NCBI RefSeq assembly: GCF_006345805.1
Contig: NW_021829271.1
Location: 1 to 6,607, forward strand
Length of the DNA stretch: 6,607 bases
Origin: Octopus sinensis
Lineage: Eukaryota
Reading direction: 5' to 3'
Below the pieces are notes generated by a model. That model saw only the letters and a program-made list of their open reading frames with translations, did no database searches and was not told the origin of the DNA. Positions within the stretch are counted from its first letter, which is position 1, and each line of letters begins with the position of its first letter. Of the stretch, positions 6,454 to 6,607 are shown one piece after another. The translations under genes were made by a program, and so were the position numbers.

Positions 6454-6607
6454 ACTAGCAGTATCGCCCGGCGTTGCTCGGGTTTGTAAGGGAAATAACT
6501 ATATAAGCATTTTTAGAGAGTTATAGCCAAAAAATAGCAAAAAAATGCATAAAAATGGAAAAAAAATTATGGTAAATTATTTTAAAATTCGTTGACTCAT
6601 CGTAGAC
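6454..6607 (+). mobile_element. Probable 5' end of a non-autonomous Helitron/Helentron-like element (runs off the window)
   Basis: ACTAGCAGTATCGCCCGGCGTTGCTCGGG matches the recalled ACTAG plus GC-rich subterminal hairpin pattern (CCCGG/TCGGG, 6467-6482) and follows a TA-rich site. Confidence 0.6.

Noticed and set aside
1-6607. CRISPR array, tRNA/rRNA genes or prokaryotic systems
   Set aside because: There is no repeat-spacer periodicity. The tRNA-like boxes belong to SINE heads, and the sequence is clearly eukaryotic repeat-rich DNA.

Overview
AT-rich, microsatellite-dense eukaryotic non-coding DNA, inferred to be octopus/coleoid cephalopod from recalled tRNA-derived SINE families. No intact host gene is supported. 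Contents: three copies of one tRNA-derived SINE (1-116 -, 1682-2097 -, 2734-3148 +); a 5'-truncated RTE-clade LINE (711-1212 -) with a perfect 15-bp target site duplication; two members of a second SINE group; a ~320-bp inverted-repeat element with a possible Tc1/mariner HTH remnant; a Helitron-like 5' end; and many (TA)n/(TACA)n tracts. The main finding is a ~725-bp near-perfect palindrome (arms 3449-3772 and 3851-4173, ~93% identical by manual count). Each arm carries a type I hammerhead-ribozyme motif (CUGACGA / stem II / GAAA / minimal stem III / GUC), and the two point outward. The left copy lies in a 469-nt unit bounded by 24-nt direct repeats, and the structure is flanked by (TA)n on both sides. 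This suggests a non-coding retrozyme-like or Penelope-derived ribozyme element. All of this is from manual reading; no searches or folding were run.
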